From a bacterium (lineage in GTDB: Bacteria > Patescibacteriota > Minisyncoccia > UBA6257 > GWB1-50-10): DNA of 64,000 bases. Positions within the stretch are counted from its first letter, which is position 1, and each line of letters begins with the position of its first letter. The stretch is taken from assembly GCA_021814165.1 (NCBI GenBank), contig JAKAIX010000002.1:5371-69370 (forward strand). Reading direction: 5' to 3'. The position numbers and the translations under genes were made by a program. Positions 1 through 9,054 of this stretch are shown here, piece after piece. Below the pieces are notes generated by a model. That model saw nothing but the letters and a program-made list of their open reading frames with translations, was not told the origin of the DNA and did not search any database.

Positions 1-79
1 CCATACAAGACCGACGATTGAAAAAAGGAAAAGAATCGGGATAAACTTCGCGTACAATTTCCGGAATCGTTCCATTGTT

Positions 80-1117
80 TTACAAAAAAACCGGCTGGTA
101 TAACTCTTTGGCGCGCTCAATAAATTCCACCGCGCGATGGTAGTTCGTTCCCTTTTTCCTTATGAAGTCGAACCCTCGCTGCCGGAGTTCTTCTCTTTCT
201 TTCTTATGACTTACGTAATAAGTAAGGCGTTCGAGCAGGTCTTTTTTGTCTTTCACGAAAATGGCGCATCCGTCGGTCGCCTCGGGCGCCGCGGGATTAT
301 CGGAAAAACACAGCGCTCCATATGCGAGAGATTCAACGACCCGCTCGGTTACCATCCTATTTTCAATGTTGCTCGCATCGCTCAACCCGAGGGAAACCAT
401 GGAATTCTTGTAAACGTCGACCCTGGTTTCTTCCTTCACGTACGGCGGAGTGGGAAATATCTTCGCGCGCGGGTTATTAAGGAAGGGGCCATAATACTCC
501 GGATGGTAGTTCTTGTTTCCTATATAACAAATTTCATATTTCTCGTTAACGCATCCTTCTCCTACCTCGTCAGGATGCACGTTCGCGGAAAGCGGATAGG
601 GAATCGCTTTCCTGTCTTTAAGGTAGAGACGATACCATTCCCACACAGGGGACGTTCGAGGAATTTCCGTGCGGTAATACTCGCCGCTCACGAGATACGG
701 CATGCCGAGCCGTTCCATAACATAGACGAGCGAAGACGCCCACGCGATAACCACGATGTCCTTTTTCTTCGCAAGCTGTTTCAGAACGCGGATTTGAAGC
801 CGCTCGGCGACAATACCAAGCACGCCATCCGCGTATGCCGCGGAATAGAATACGTCGTGTCCCGGAATCCATTTGATCGGGTGCAGAAAACGCGTCACGT
901 CGGCGCGTAACATGCGAATCCCCCAAATCGAGTTATAAAAAAAATTATGGCACGAGATCATTACGAACCCGGGCTCGGTGATTTCCTCCACGTGACGTAC
1001 TAATTTGACATCAAAACCGTGCGGCGCGAATCCTGCCGCGAACTTTTCGACAAAGAACCGGTGGTTATAGGGCGTTGGGAGAAAAAGGTGATCGAGAATA
1101 TAAAAAGTTTTTTTCAC
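80..1117 (-). CDS. glycosyltransferase (GT-B type C-terminal domain)
   Basis: 345-aa ORF; C-terminal ESLAYGALCFSDN-like motif typical of GT1/GT4 C-terminal domains; sits at the edge of the glycan locus. Confidence 0.5.
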   Translation of the reverse strand: MKKTFYILDHLFLPTPYNHRFFVEKFAAGFAPHGFDVKLVRHVEEITEPGFVMISCHNFFYNSIWGIRMLRADVTRFLHPIKWIPGHDVFYSAAYADGVLGIVAERLQIRVLKQLAKKKDIVVIAWASSLVYVMERLGMPYLVSGEYYRTEIPRTSPVWEWYRLYLKDRKAIPYPLSANVHPDEVGEGCVNEKYEICYIGNKNYHPEYYGPFLNNPRAKIFPTPPYVKEETRVDVYKNSMVSLGLSDASNIENRMVTERVVESLAYGALCFSDNPAAPEATDGCAIFVKDKKDLLERLTYYVSHKKEREELRQRGFDFIRKKGTNYHRAVEFIERAKELYQPVFL

Positions 1118-1224
1118 GTACCACGATTATATCCGAGAAACGGGAAACTGCAAGGGGACGAAACCACGGAGCGGACTTCGTTCATTCCTTGATTTCGCGC
1201 TCCCTTGTGATTTATCATTATCAC

Positions 1225-1740
1225 ATGATAGAAGTAACCCGCACCAAACTTGAAGGCGTGCTGCTCGTAAAGCCGTCAATAAACGAGGATTTCAGGGGAA
1301 AATACGTTGAGACATATAACGAAGAGGAATATCGCGCAAAAGGAATAGCCGCGCACTTTGTGCAGGACGACATTTCGGTTTCGTCCCGCGGCGTACTTCG
1401 CGGAATCCACGGCGATAAGACAACATGGAAATTAATATCATGCCTCAGGGGGAGGTTCTATTTTGTGGTGGTAAACTGCGACGAGACATCGCCCCAATTC
1501 CGCGAGTGGGAGTCGTTCGTGCTGACGGAAGAAAATCAGTGGCAGGTGCTCGTGCCCCCGAAATTCGGAAACGCGCACCTCGCATTGAGCGACGAAATTG
1601 TCTTTCATTACAAGCAATCAACGTACTACGATCCGGGGAGCCAGTTCAGCTATCGCTGGGATGATCCGCAATTCGGAATCTGGTGGCCGATCAAGAATCC
1701 CCTCCTTTCTCCCAGAGACGAAGGAAAAAAGCGGGATTAA
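1225..1740 (+). CDS. RmlC-like cupin sugar-nucleotide 3,5-epimerase (dTDP-4-dehydrorhamnose 3,5-epimerase family)
   Basis: Start moved to the internal ATG at 1225 (MIEVTRTKLEGVLLVKP...). Motifs FRGKYVETYN, RGIHGDK and WQVLVPPKFGNAHLAL are diagnostic of the RmlC fold. The ORF-track N-terminal extension is Arg-rich junk. Confidence 0.8.
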   Translation: MIEVTRTKLEGVLLVKPSINEDFRGKYVETYNEEEYRAKGIAAHFVQDDISVSSRGVLRGIHGDKTTWKLISCLRGRFYFVVVNCDETSPQFREWESFVLTEENQWQVLVPPKFGNAHLALSDEIVFHYKQSTYYDPGSQFSYRWDDPQFGIWWPIKNPLLSPRDEGKKRD

Positions 1741-1744
1741 CGGC

Positions 1745-2557
1745 ATGTCCAAAAGGAAAAATCTTGTTCTGGGAGGAAAAGGATTCGTAGGCGCCGAACT
1801 CGTGCGGCTCCTTGAAGAGAAGGGCGAGGAAATAAGAATCATAGACAGAAAACTCGGCGACGACCTGAAACACGCCGAGAAATACGCGGAAATGTTCGAG
1901 TGGGCGGATCGCACATGGTTTATCGCCTGGGAGATAGGAATTTGGAAGCACGCAACCGATCCCGCGTATCAGATAGGCACTTTGGCCGCGAGCATCGATC
2001 TCTGCAAGTCCGTCTTCGGTGCATTGGAAAAAGCGAAGAAACCCTTCCTTTTCGTAAGCACCCAGTTCGCCGGATATCCGAGCGTTCTCGGATCGGTAAA
2101 GAGGGTCGGAGAAGTATGGACAACGCTTCTCGGCGGGCTCACCGCGCGTTTCTGGAACGTATACGGATTCGAGGAGATAGGAGAAAAAAGCCACGTGGTC
2201 CCCGATATGATCTATAATGCCCTTACCAAAAAACGTATCACGCTTCTCACGAACGGCGAAGAGACGCGGCAGTTTCTCTTCGTGAGGGATGCGGCGGAAG
2301 GACTCCTGCACCAATTTGAGACCGGGCAACCGGTTGCGGATATCACGAACGGCGAGTGGGTTTCGATAAAAAGCGTGGCGGACATGATCGCCGCAAAAAC
2401 GGGCACCGTGGTAGAAACCGGAGACGGAACCGGGCACGCTTCTTTTGCGGAACCAAAAAATATCCTCTCCGGATGGAGCCCTCGCTTTACTCTCGACGAG
2501 GGGCTGGCACTCACCATCGATCGCATACGAGAGTCGATGCAACAAAAACAAACATGA
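1745..2557 (+). CDS. short-chain NAD(P)-dependent sugar-nucleotide reductase/epimerase (RmlD-like size)
   Basis: Start moved to the ATG at 1745 (MSKRKNLVLGGKGFVGAELVRLLEEKGEEIRIID), a Rossmann GxxGxxG N-terminus. The 270 aa length is in the range of 4-keto-sugar reductases. Confidence 0.6.
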   Translation: MSKRKNLVLGGKGFVGAELVRLLEEKGEEIRIIDRKLGDDLKHAEKYAEMFEWADRTWFIAWEIGIWKHATDPAYQIGTLAASIDLCKSVFGALEKAKKPFLFVSTQFAGYPSVLGSVKRVGEVWTTLLGGLTARFWNVYGFEEIGEKSHVVPDMIYNALTKKRITLLTNGEETRQFLFVRDAAEGLLHQFETGQPVADITNGEWVSIKSVADMIAAKTGTVVETGDGTGHASFAEPKNILSGWSPRFTLDEGLALTIDRIRESMQQKQT

Positions 2558-3495
2558 CGAAAATACTTGTTACGGGAGGCGCGGGATATATCGGATCCGT
2601 ACTCGTGCCGATGTTGTTAAAAGAGGGGTATGAAGTTACGGTAATCGACAACTTCATGTACTCGCAGACGTCGCTTCTCGACGTTTGCTATCATCCGAAC
2701 CTCCATATCGCAAGAGGAGACGTGCGCGATGAAGAGGCCATGAAACGGCTCATGGAGGATGCGGAATTCATCATACCGCTCGCCTGCATCGTCGGCGCAC
2801 CGGCGTGCGACCGAGATCCGAGAGCGGCGCGGACGATAAATCTCGAGGCGGTGGAATTTATCCTAAAGACGCGCCATGCCTCCCAAAAAATCATTTTCCC
2901 GAACACCAACAGCGGCTATGGCAGATCAAAAGACGGGAGCGTGGCATTCTGCGACGAAACGACGCCTCTTAATCCCCTTTCGCTGTACGGAACACTCAAA
3001 GTCCAGGCAGAACAGGAAATATTGGCCGCGGGAAACGCCGTTACTTTCAGGCTGGCCACCGTATTCGGCATAAGCCCGAGAATGAGGCTGGATCTTCTCG
3101 TGAACGACTTCGTGTACCGGGCAATCACCGACAGGGCAGTCATTCTCTTCGAGCCGCATTTCAAACGGAATTATATCCACGTCCGCGACGTGGCAAACGC
3201 GTTCCTGCACGCGATAAAGAATTTCGAAACAATGAAAAATGAGCCGTACAATATCGGGCTGAGCGACGCGAACTTGAGCAAACGCGAGCTCTGCGAGGAA
3301 ATAAAAAAGCAGCTCCCCGATTTTGTGTTTATCGAATCGGAGATAGGAAAAGACGTGGATCAGCGCAACTATATGGTAAGCAACGAAAAAATAGAACGCA
3401 CCGGATTCAAACCCGCCATTTCAATCCAGGAGGGCATCACGGAACTTATAAAAGGATTCAAGATTATTCGTCGTACGGATTTCAGCAATCTTTAA
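2554..3495 (+). CDS. NAD-dependent epimerase/dehydratase family protein (extended SDR)
   Basis: Start at the ATG at 2554 overlaps the previous stop (ATGA). MTKILVTGGAGYIGSVLVPMLL Rossmann motif, 313 aa, SDR-type sugar-nucleotide modifying enzyme. Confidence 0.75.
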   Translation: MTKILVTGGAGYIGSVLVPMLLKEGYEVTVIDNFMYSQTSLLDVCYHPNLHIARGDVRDEEAMKRLMEDAEFIIPLACIVGAPACDRDPRAARTINLEAVEFILKTRHASQKIIFPNTNSGYGRSKDGSVAFCDETTPLNPLSLYGTLKVQAEQEILAAGNAVTFRLATVFGISPRMRLDLLVNDFVYRAITDRAVILFEPHFKRNYIHVRDVANAFLHAIKNFETMKNEPYNIGLSDANLSKRELCEEIKKQLPDFVFIESEIGKDVDQRNYMVSNEKIERTGFKPAISIQEGITELIKGFKIIRRTDFSNL

Positions 3496-3499
3496 ACTG

Positions 3500-4489
3500 A
3501 TGGTTATTTCACGCACCCCATTCCGCATCTCTTTCTTCGGGGGAGGTACGGATTACCCGGTCTGGTACACGACTCACGGCGGCGCCGTACTTTCGACCTC
3601 GATTAATAAATATTGTTACGTTACCTGCCGGTATTCTCCCCTGATACTCGAAAAAAGATACAAAGTAGCGTGGTCCAAGGTAGAATCCGTAAACGATGTC
3701 GAAGAAATCGAGCACCCTGTCGTAAGGGAAACAATAAAGCTTTTCGAGTTGAAGGAAGGCGTGGAGGTGCACTATATAGCCGATCTTCCCGCGCGAACGG
3801 GAATGGGTTCGAGTTCTTCGTTCACGGTCGGCCTGATCCACGCGCTTCACGCGCTCCTCGGAAAAACCGTATCAAAAAACCAGCTTGCGAAAGAGGCGAT
3901 CCGCGTGGAACGCGAATTACTGAAAGAGAACGTCGGGTCGCAGGACCAGGTTGCCGCCGCTTTCGGAGGACTCAACAAAATCACCTTCAACGCGCGCGAC
4001 GGATTTTCCGTTCACCCTATCGTCTTATCACCGGAGAAACTTGCGACACTGGAGAGCAACTTGCTCCTTCTTTTCACCGGTTTCTCAAGAAATACTTCCG
4101 AGATAAGTCAGGAGCAAATTAAGAACACTCCCTTGCTCGAGAGGGAGCTCACGAGGATGACTTCCATCGTCGATGAGGCTATAGAGATATTGAACGACTC
4201 CACGGAACGGCTCGACGATTTCGGACGCCTTCTCGACGAAGCGTGGCGGCTGAAACGGTCTTTCTCCTCCGTTATTACGCGCCCGGAGATCGATGAAATA
4301 TACGAGGCGGGAAAAAAGGCGGGAGCGCTTGGAGGAAAACTTCTCGGCGCGGGAGGAGGCGGCTTCATGCTTTTTTATGCAAAACCCGAAGTGCATGATG
4401 CAATCCGAAAAGCGCTGAAAAAATTTTTCTTCGTCCCCTTCCAGTTCGAGCATGCGGGAAGCCAAATCATACATTACCACCCCGACTGA
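3500..4489 (+). CDS. GHMP-family sugar kinase, HddA-like (D-glycero-D-manno-heptose 7-phosphate kinase candidate)
   Basis: 329 aa; GHMP motif PARTGMGSSSSFTVGLIHAL; C-terminal GAGGGGFMLFY motif; immediately followed by a sugar-1-P nucleotidyltransferase. Confidence 0.7.
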   Translation: MVISRTPFRISFFGGGTDYPVWYTTHGGAVLSTSINKYCYVTCRYSPLILEKRYKVAWSKVESVNDVEEIEHPVVRETIKLFELKEGVEVHYIADLPARTGMGSSSSFTVGLIHALHALLGKTVSKNQLAKEAIRVERELLKENVGSQDQVAAAFGGLNKITFNARDGFSVHPIVLSPEKLATLESNLLLLFTGFSRNTSEISQEQIKNTPLLERELTRMTSIVDEAIEILNDSTERLDDFGRLLDEAWRLKRSFSSVITRPEIDEIYEAGKKAGALGGKLLGAGGGGFMLFYAKPEVHDAIRKALKKFFFVPFQFEHAGSQIIHYHPD

Positions 4490-4532
4490 ACGTATGAGGC
4501 GCGCATCATCTTCCCGATCGCGTTTTCCCGAA

Positions 4533-5237
4533 ATGGATTTTGTAATCCTCTGCGGAGGGCTTGGAACGCGGCTCCGTACGACACTCCCGAATATGCCGAA
4601 AGCGCTCGCGCCCATTGCGGGGACCCCGTTTCTCGACATTCTCCTCCATCACCTCTTTAAGGCGGGGTTTAAGCGCATTATTCTCGCCGTAGGTCATCTT
4701 CAAAATCCCATCATCTCCCGCTATGGAAACGACTCCCGGATTTTGTTTGCAAAAGAACGCGAGCCGCTCGGTACGGGAGGTGCGGTGCGAAATGCGCGGC
4801 GTTTGATCAAAAGTCCCCATTTTTTCGTGGCAAACGGAGACACGTTCTCCGACGCGGATTACCAAAATTTTTTTACCGTTCACAAAACAAAAGGCGGCAT
4901 CGTCACGATGGGCATTACGCGGGCGGGCAGACGCACCGACGCGGGAAACATACTCACCGATGCGTCGGGACGCATTCTTTCATTTAAAGAGAAACGAGGC
5001 GCACGCTCCCGATCGGGAATCAGTGCGGGGCTTTATTGCATGAGACGGGAGGTTTTTGACGTTATGCCAAAACGAAAACGGTTCTCGCTTGAAGAAGAGG
5101 TTTTTTCCTCGCTCGCGCGGCAGGGGGTTCTCTTCGGCGTACCGATTAAACGCGAAGCAATCGACATCGGCACTCCTGCGCGATACGCACGCGCGAAACG
5201 CATCCTCAAGAAACATCGGCCGTCTTCCTTGCGATGA
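4533..5237 (+). CDS. sugar-1-phosphate nucleotidyltransferase, HddC-like (guanylyltransferase candidate)
   Basis: Start at the ATG at 4533 (MDFVILCGGLGTRLR...), the canonical G-x-G-T-R nucleotidyltransferase N-terminus. 234 aa. Its 3' end overlaps the convergent methyltransferase gene by 32 bp. Confidence 0.65.
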   Translation: MDFVILCGGLGTRLRTTLPNMPKALAPIAGTPFLDILLHHLFKAGFKRIILAVGHLQNPIISRYGNDSRILFAKEREPLGTGGAVRNARRLIKSPHFFVANGDTFSDADYQNFFTVHKTKGGIVTMGITRAGRRTDAGNILTDASGRILSFKEKRGARSRSGISAGLYCMRREVFDVMPKRKRFSLEEEVFSSLARQGVLFGVPIKREAIDIGTPARYARAKRILKKHRPSSLR

Positions 5238-6237
5238 CGGTTATTTGCGCGCCAAGACCGAACATGTTGGCGATGCTGTTGCCGGGGAAGTAATCGCAAA
5301 GCCCGAGCACGCGCTTTATCATCCGAACCGGTTTTTTCCCGAACCACGAACGCGAGACGGGCCATTTCGTGCCGCACATCGTTTCAAAAGAAGAAAAAAG
5401 ATTGCTGAAGAAATCGGTCGAATACGTTTTTTCAAGAGAAAATCCCGCTTCCTTAAAGAGACGCTGGAACGTTGCCTTCCGATAATGAACGTAATGGAGC
5501 GGGATTACGAAGCCGTCCCACCACTTCCCGCACATTATCGAACTGATACCGCCGTACTGGGGCACACCGATTACCAGCACCCCTCCGGGCTTCAAAACGC
5601 GGTTGAGTTCCCTGAGCGCTGCCGCGGGATCGGGGAAATGCTCAAAAACATGGAGAAGATGCACGGCATCGAAAAAACCGTCAGAAAATTCGAGCGTGTC
5701 CACGCTCCCTACGGAAATATTCTTCAGCCCCTGGCTTACCGCCGACGCCACCGCAATCGGACTCGGATCAACGCCGAACGTTTCCCATCCCAAGCCCTTG
5801 AGGTCGGCGAGAAAATTCCCCGCACCACAGCCAAGATCAAGCAGCCGCCCTCCTTTCACGAAACGAGGGTAATGGGCGAACGCGAGACGAAACGGGAAAA
5901 GGGAAAACTGCCACCATCGTTTTTCGCCGTACCCGAAGTATTGCCCCAACGTCCTCCGTTTCAGTAATGCGAGGATGCGCGCGACTACGCCCGCATTGCG
6001 CGCTCCCGCCACCCTGAACGGCCCGTACGACTCGTCAAAGAAAGAAGAGAGGGCTCCGTAGGCAAGCTGGGGATCGGTGAAAACCGTGCCGCACGAGCTG
6101 CACCGCATAACGGCAAAGGCCACGCCGGGATAGACGCGTTGTACCTTTCCTGTTTCTTCCATGCGGGCATGTATAATTGCGTGTCGTTCCGCGTGGCACA
6201 CGGGACATTTTCCTCTGCTTTGGACAATCGTACTCAT
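5206..6237 (-). CDS. class I SAM-dependent methyltransferase with N-terminal Zn-ribbon
   Basis: Start at M23 (MSTIVQSRGKCPVCHAER...CSSCG), 1 nt after the stop of the upstream gene. Motif LLDLGCGAGNF (SAM motif I) and VLKPGGVLVI (post-II). Confidence 0.75.
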   Translation of the reverse strand: MSTIVQSRGKCPVCHAERHAIIHARMEETGKVQRVYPGVAFAVMRCSSCGTVFTDPQLAYGALSSFFDESYGPFRVAGARNAGVVARILALLKRRTLGQYFGYGEKRWWQFSLFPFRLAFAHYPRFVKGGRLLDLGCGAGNFLADLKGLGWETFGVDPSPIAVASAVSQGLKNISVGSVDTLEFSDGFFDAVHLLHVFEHFPDPAAALRELNRVLKPGGVLVIGVPQYGGISSIMCGKWWDGFVIPLHYVHYRKATFQRLFKEAGFSLEKTYSTDFFSNLFSSFETMCGTKWPVSRSWFGKKPVRMIKRVLGLCDYFPGNSIANMFGLGAQITVIARKTADVS

Positions 6238-7358
6238 GAAGAACTTTTTGCTTTTGCGATTTCTCCGAACAGAGCCTCGTACCGCATGGCAATTGTCTCC
6301 CACGTATGATCGCGTTTCCAGAGCTCGAACGCACGGTCCGTAATTTCGCGGCGCTCGTCTTTATGTTCGAGAAAATGTTCCGCGGCACTTGCCATTGCTT
6401 TGGGCGTTTTCACGATCGTGACGCACGTCTCATGGTCCCTCACATTTCCGATATCGGTAGTAATGAAGAGGGTCTTGCTTGCAAACGATTCGTACATCAC
6501 GAGCGGAGCGCATTCGAGTTTCGATCCGAAAAGGAACGCGTCGGATTCCTGATAAGCCGAGACCACGTACGAACGCGGGACGTTTCCGAGAATTCTGATG
6601 CGGCGATTCAAGATGCCCTGTGCGGCACAGAAAGGATAACAACTGTACCATGAATGCCGCGTCGGAAGACCTCCTATAATAACGAGCGTCGCGTCATCGC
6701 GATTTAATCTACGAAACGCTTCGATCACAAATTGATGCCCCTTCGCAAAAAAATGATTCGAAACGTCCAGGAACAGATGTGGCGTTGTAATATTGTAGTG
6801 GCTCTTGAATCCGATGGACGGCGCGAGAAATTCGGCGCCTGCGCCGTTCGGGATGACAGCGGCCTTATCTCCCAATCCATGCTTATCTCCGAACAGTTTA
6901 TCCCGATAGCGGGGGGAGGTATATACAATCCGATCATACTTGCGAAGCGCGTTTACATATGCACTTTCATAATACGAATTGAAACGCGGATCGCCCACCT
7001 TCGAAAGTCCCGGCGTACTTAACACTTTACGCGCATGAATCGAATCAGCGATCTCGAACGCGAGATCGGTCGTCCACGTGTCCGCGGCGAAATTAAGGAT
7101 AACGTCGTAGTTTCCTCCGAGAATGAACCGCCGATACGCCTCCTTTTCGCCGCGTATCCCTTTCACAAGACTTCCTACGACCCGAAAACCGCTGATGCGT
7201 ACTCCGTTTATAAGCGCGGGGCGCCCCTCGCAAAACGAGGTCGCGACCGTTACTTCATGGCCGCGCAGAACGAGCCCCTCGGCAATCTGACGTGCCTGTT
7301 CCGCAATGCCTCCCCCGCCGGGGGCATGGTAGAACTCGACTGTGATGAGTATTTTCAT
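6234..7358 (-). CDS. glycosyltransferase family 4-like
   Basis: Start at MKILITVEFYHAPGGGGIAEQ (GT4 N-terminal glycine-rich motif); about 374 aa; translationally coupled to its neighbours. Confidence 0.75.
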   Translation of the reverse strand: MKILITVEFYHAPGGGGIAEQARQIAEGLVLRGHEVTVATSFCEGRPALINGVRISGFRVVGSLVKGIRGEKEAYRRFILGGNYDVILNFAADTWTTDLAFEIADSIHARKVLSTPGLSKVGDPRFNSYYESAYVNALRKYDRIVYTSPRYRDKLFGDKHGLGDKAAVIPNGAGAEFLAPSIGFKSHYNITTPHLFLDVSNHFFAKGHQFVIEAFRRLNRDDATLVIIGGLPTRHSWYSCYPFCAAQGILNRRIRILGNVPRSYVVSAYQESDAFLFGSKLECAPLVMYESFASKTLFITTDIGNVRDHETCVTIVKTPKAMASAAEHFLEHKDERREITDRAFELWKRDHTWETIAMRYEALFGEIAKAKSSS

Positions 7359-8119
7359 GAAGAAAATACATCCTTCATCCAAACGTCTAGCATCGCTTCC
7401 CCCTCCCGACCGACAAGATATCTCGAAAGAATTTCCCGCACCGCTTTCTTTTCATCGATTTCACCCGGCAACCGTTCGGCGAAGACGGTTATATTCGGTA
7501 ATTTTTTACCTCCGAATTTCCGATATACCGGAAGCGGTATAAACATGCCCGGTATGTTCAGGGCCGGCACCTGGAATCGCTTCGCGAGATCATTCGAGAT
7601 CTTGCGGAAACGCAAATTTCCAAAACCGAGTTTTTTCAAAACAAACTTATACTTCTCCTTATTCCATCCTTCTCCGTGGAACGCCCACGCCGCTTCCTGG
7701 GATCCGAACACGTGGCGTGAAATCTCGTAACGCTCCTTGGTGCCACCGAAAAGATAGTAGAAGATCGAGGTCGCGAAATCGGGAGTTTCCAAATGGAGAA
7801 CCCCGTGCGGTTTCAACCACCTGCGCCATTCGAGAAGCAGACGGAGCGCATCGGCTCTTCTAAAATGCTCGAATACGTGGTGGCCGCGAATTTCCGCGAT
7901 AGAACCGGACGGATAATGGAGCGTGGCGATATCCGCGTAGCGATCGGCTTTCACTTTCATCACGGAATGCTCCGACTGGGGAAAATCGATATTAAGATAC
8001 CCCTCGAGGTACTTGTCGCCGCAACCCAAGTGGAGTTTCAAATCAGTTTCTTTCATAAGATAGTACCCATTGTATCGTAAACGCACCAAGCTGTTCAAGG
8101 AACTCTCGAAACGCGTCAC
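7355..8119 (-). CDS. putative SAM-dependent methyltransferase-like protein
   Basis: LHLGCGDKYLEGYLNID motif I-like; HHVFEHF motif; 4-nt overlaps with both neighbours. Confidence 0.5.
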   Translation of the reverse strand: MTRFESSLNSLVRLRYNGYYLMKETDLKLHLGCGDKYLEGYLNIDFPQSEHSVMKVKADRYADIATLHYPSGSIAEIRGHHVFEHFRRADALRLLLEWRRWLKPHGVLHLETPDFATSIFYYLFGGTKERYEISRHVFGSQEAAWAFHGEGWNKEKYKFVLKKLGFGNLRFRKISNDLAKRFQVPALNIPGMFIPLPVYRKFGGKKLPNITVFAERLPGEIDEKKAVREILSRYLVGREGEAMLDVWMKDVFSS

Positions 8120-9054
8120 ACGGAGTAAAACCTTCTTTTTATAAGCCTTCGGAGCGCCACGTAAAAGGAGAATGGCATGAGCCGGGAAAGCGCGTACACT
8201 ATCTTCAACTTTTTATTCCAAGCAGGAGATTGTCGTGCGAGGCGTCGCGCCCTCTTCGCATCCCCTTCGCGCCACGATTTTAGAAACTCCTCATATGCGA
8301 TCTGCGACTCCAATGTAAGAAGCTCGTTGGTATACTCCTCGGAAAAATGAGGATATAACGAAATAAGCTTCTGCACGAGAAGTTCTTTTTCCTCCGGATA
8401 AAAAAGTCCGTGACTGAAGGTAAAGCTTTTCTCGTGCATCCGATATTTGGTAAGCGGCTCCTCAAGATATGCGGCGCGCCAATCATGGAGGATGCGAAGG
8501 AACAAATCCATCTCTTCGATGAAATGAAAACGATCGTCGAAAACCTCTTGTAATCCCCTGACCGCCTCCTTCCGTATCATGACGGACGAAAGCACGAAGG
8601 GATAATCATTAATGAGATCGCGAAATACAAGCCCCTCCGGCGGTTTCTCTCGATAGGCAAGGTGGTGATCGCCGGAATTATTGAAGAAAACCGTCTGCGT
8701 ATAAACAAGACCGACCTCCGGACTTTTCTCAAAAAGAGCCACCTGCCGTTCGAGTTTCCGGGGAAGCCACAAATCATCATGATCAAGGAACGCAACGTAT
8801 TTTCCGCGCGCCTCCTTGAATGCGTAGTTACGCGCCTGTCCCAATGACGCGGCTTTTTCTCCCCTGAAATATCTTACTTTCTCCCCGTAACTTTTCGCGA
8901 TTTGAGGCGTCTCATCTTCCGAGGCGTCATCCCATGCGACGATCTCCCAGTCGGTGAAGGTTTGCGCAAAAACGCTTCCTATCGTCTCCCGAAGGAAAGG
9001 AGCGGAATTATGACAGTTGATAATAACGCTTACCGCGGGCGTTTTTTGTTCCAT
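8116..9054 (-). CDS. glycosyltransferase family 2
   Basis: VSVIINCHNSAPFLRETIGSV...WDDASED...LDHDD are classic GT2 (DXD) signatures; 312 aa. Confidence 0.8.
   Translation of the reverse strand: MEQKTPAVSVIINCHNSAPFLRETIGSVFAQTFTDWEIVAWDDASEDETPQIAKSYGEKVRYFRGEKAASLGQARNYAFKEARGKYVAFLDHDDLWLPRKLERQVALFEKSPEVGLVYTQTVFFNNSGDHHLAYREKPPEGLVFRDLINDYPFVLSSVMIRKEAVRGLQEVFDDRFHFIEEMDLFLRILHDWRAAYLEEPLTKYRMHEKSFTFSHGLFYPEEKELLVQKLISLYPHFSEEYTNELLTLESQIAYEEFLKSWREGDAKRARRLARQSPAWNKKLKIVYALSRLMPFSFYVALRRLIKRRFYSV

Noticed and set aside
1075-2557. Long N-terminal extensions of the ORF-track entries (1075, 1598, 2356, 4452, 23665, 54300-55991)
   Set aside because: The extensions are Arg-rich junk that overlaps the upstream gene. 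In every case an internal ATG sits 1 to 4 nt from the upstream stop and begins the canonical family N-terminus (Rossmann GxxGxxG, MKRTFLLVVLDGWG, and so on), so the starts were reassigned.
5056-5967. 303-aa plus-strand ORF, and similar long ORFs at 20092-20952 (+), 62480-63559 (-), 38018-38596 (+) and 50909-51646 (-)
   Set aside because: Each lies antisense to a gene with strong family motifs. Their translations are Arg/Pro-rich low-complexity with no motifs, so they are GC-driven shadow ORFs.
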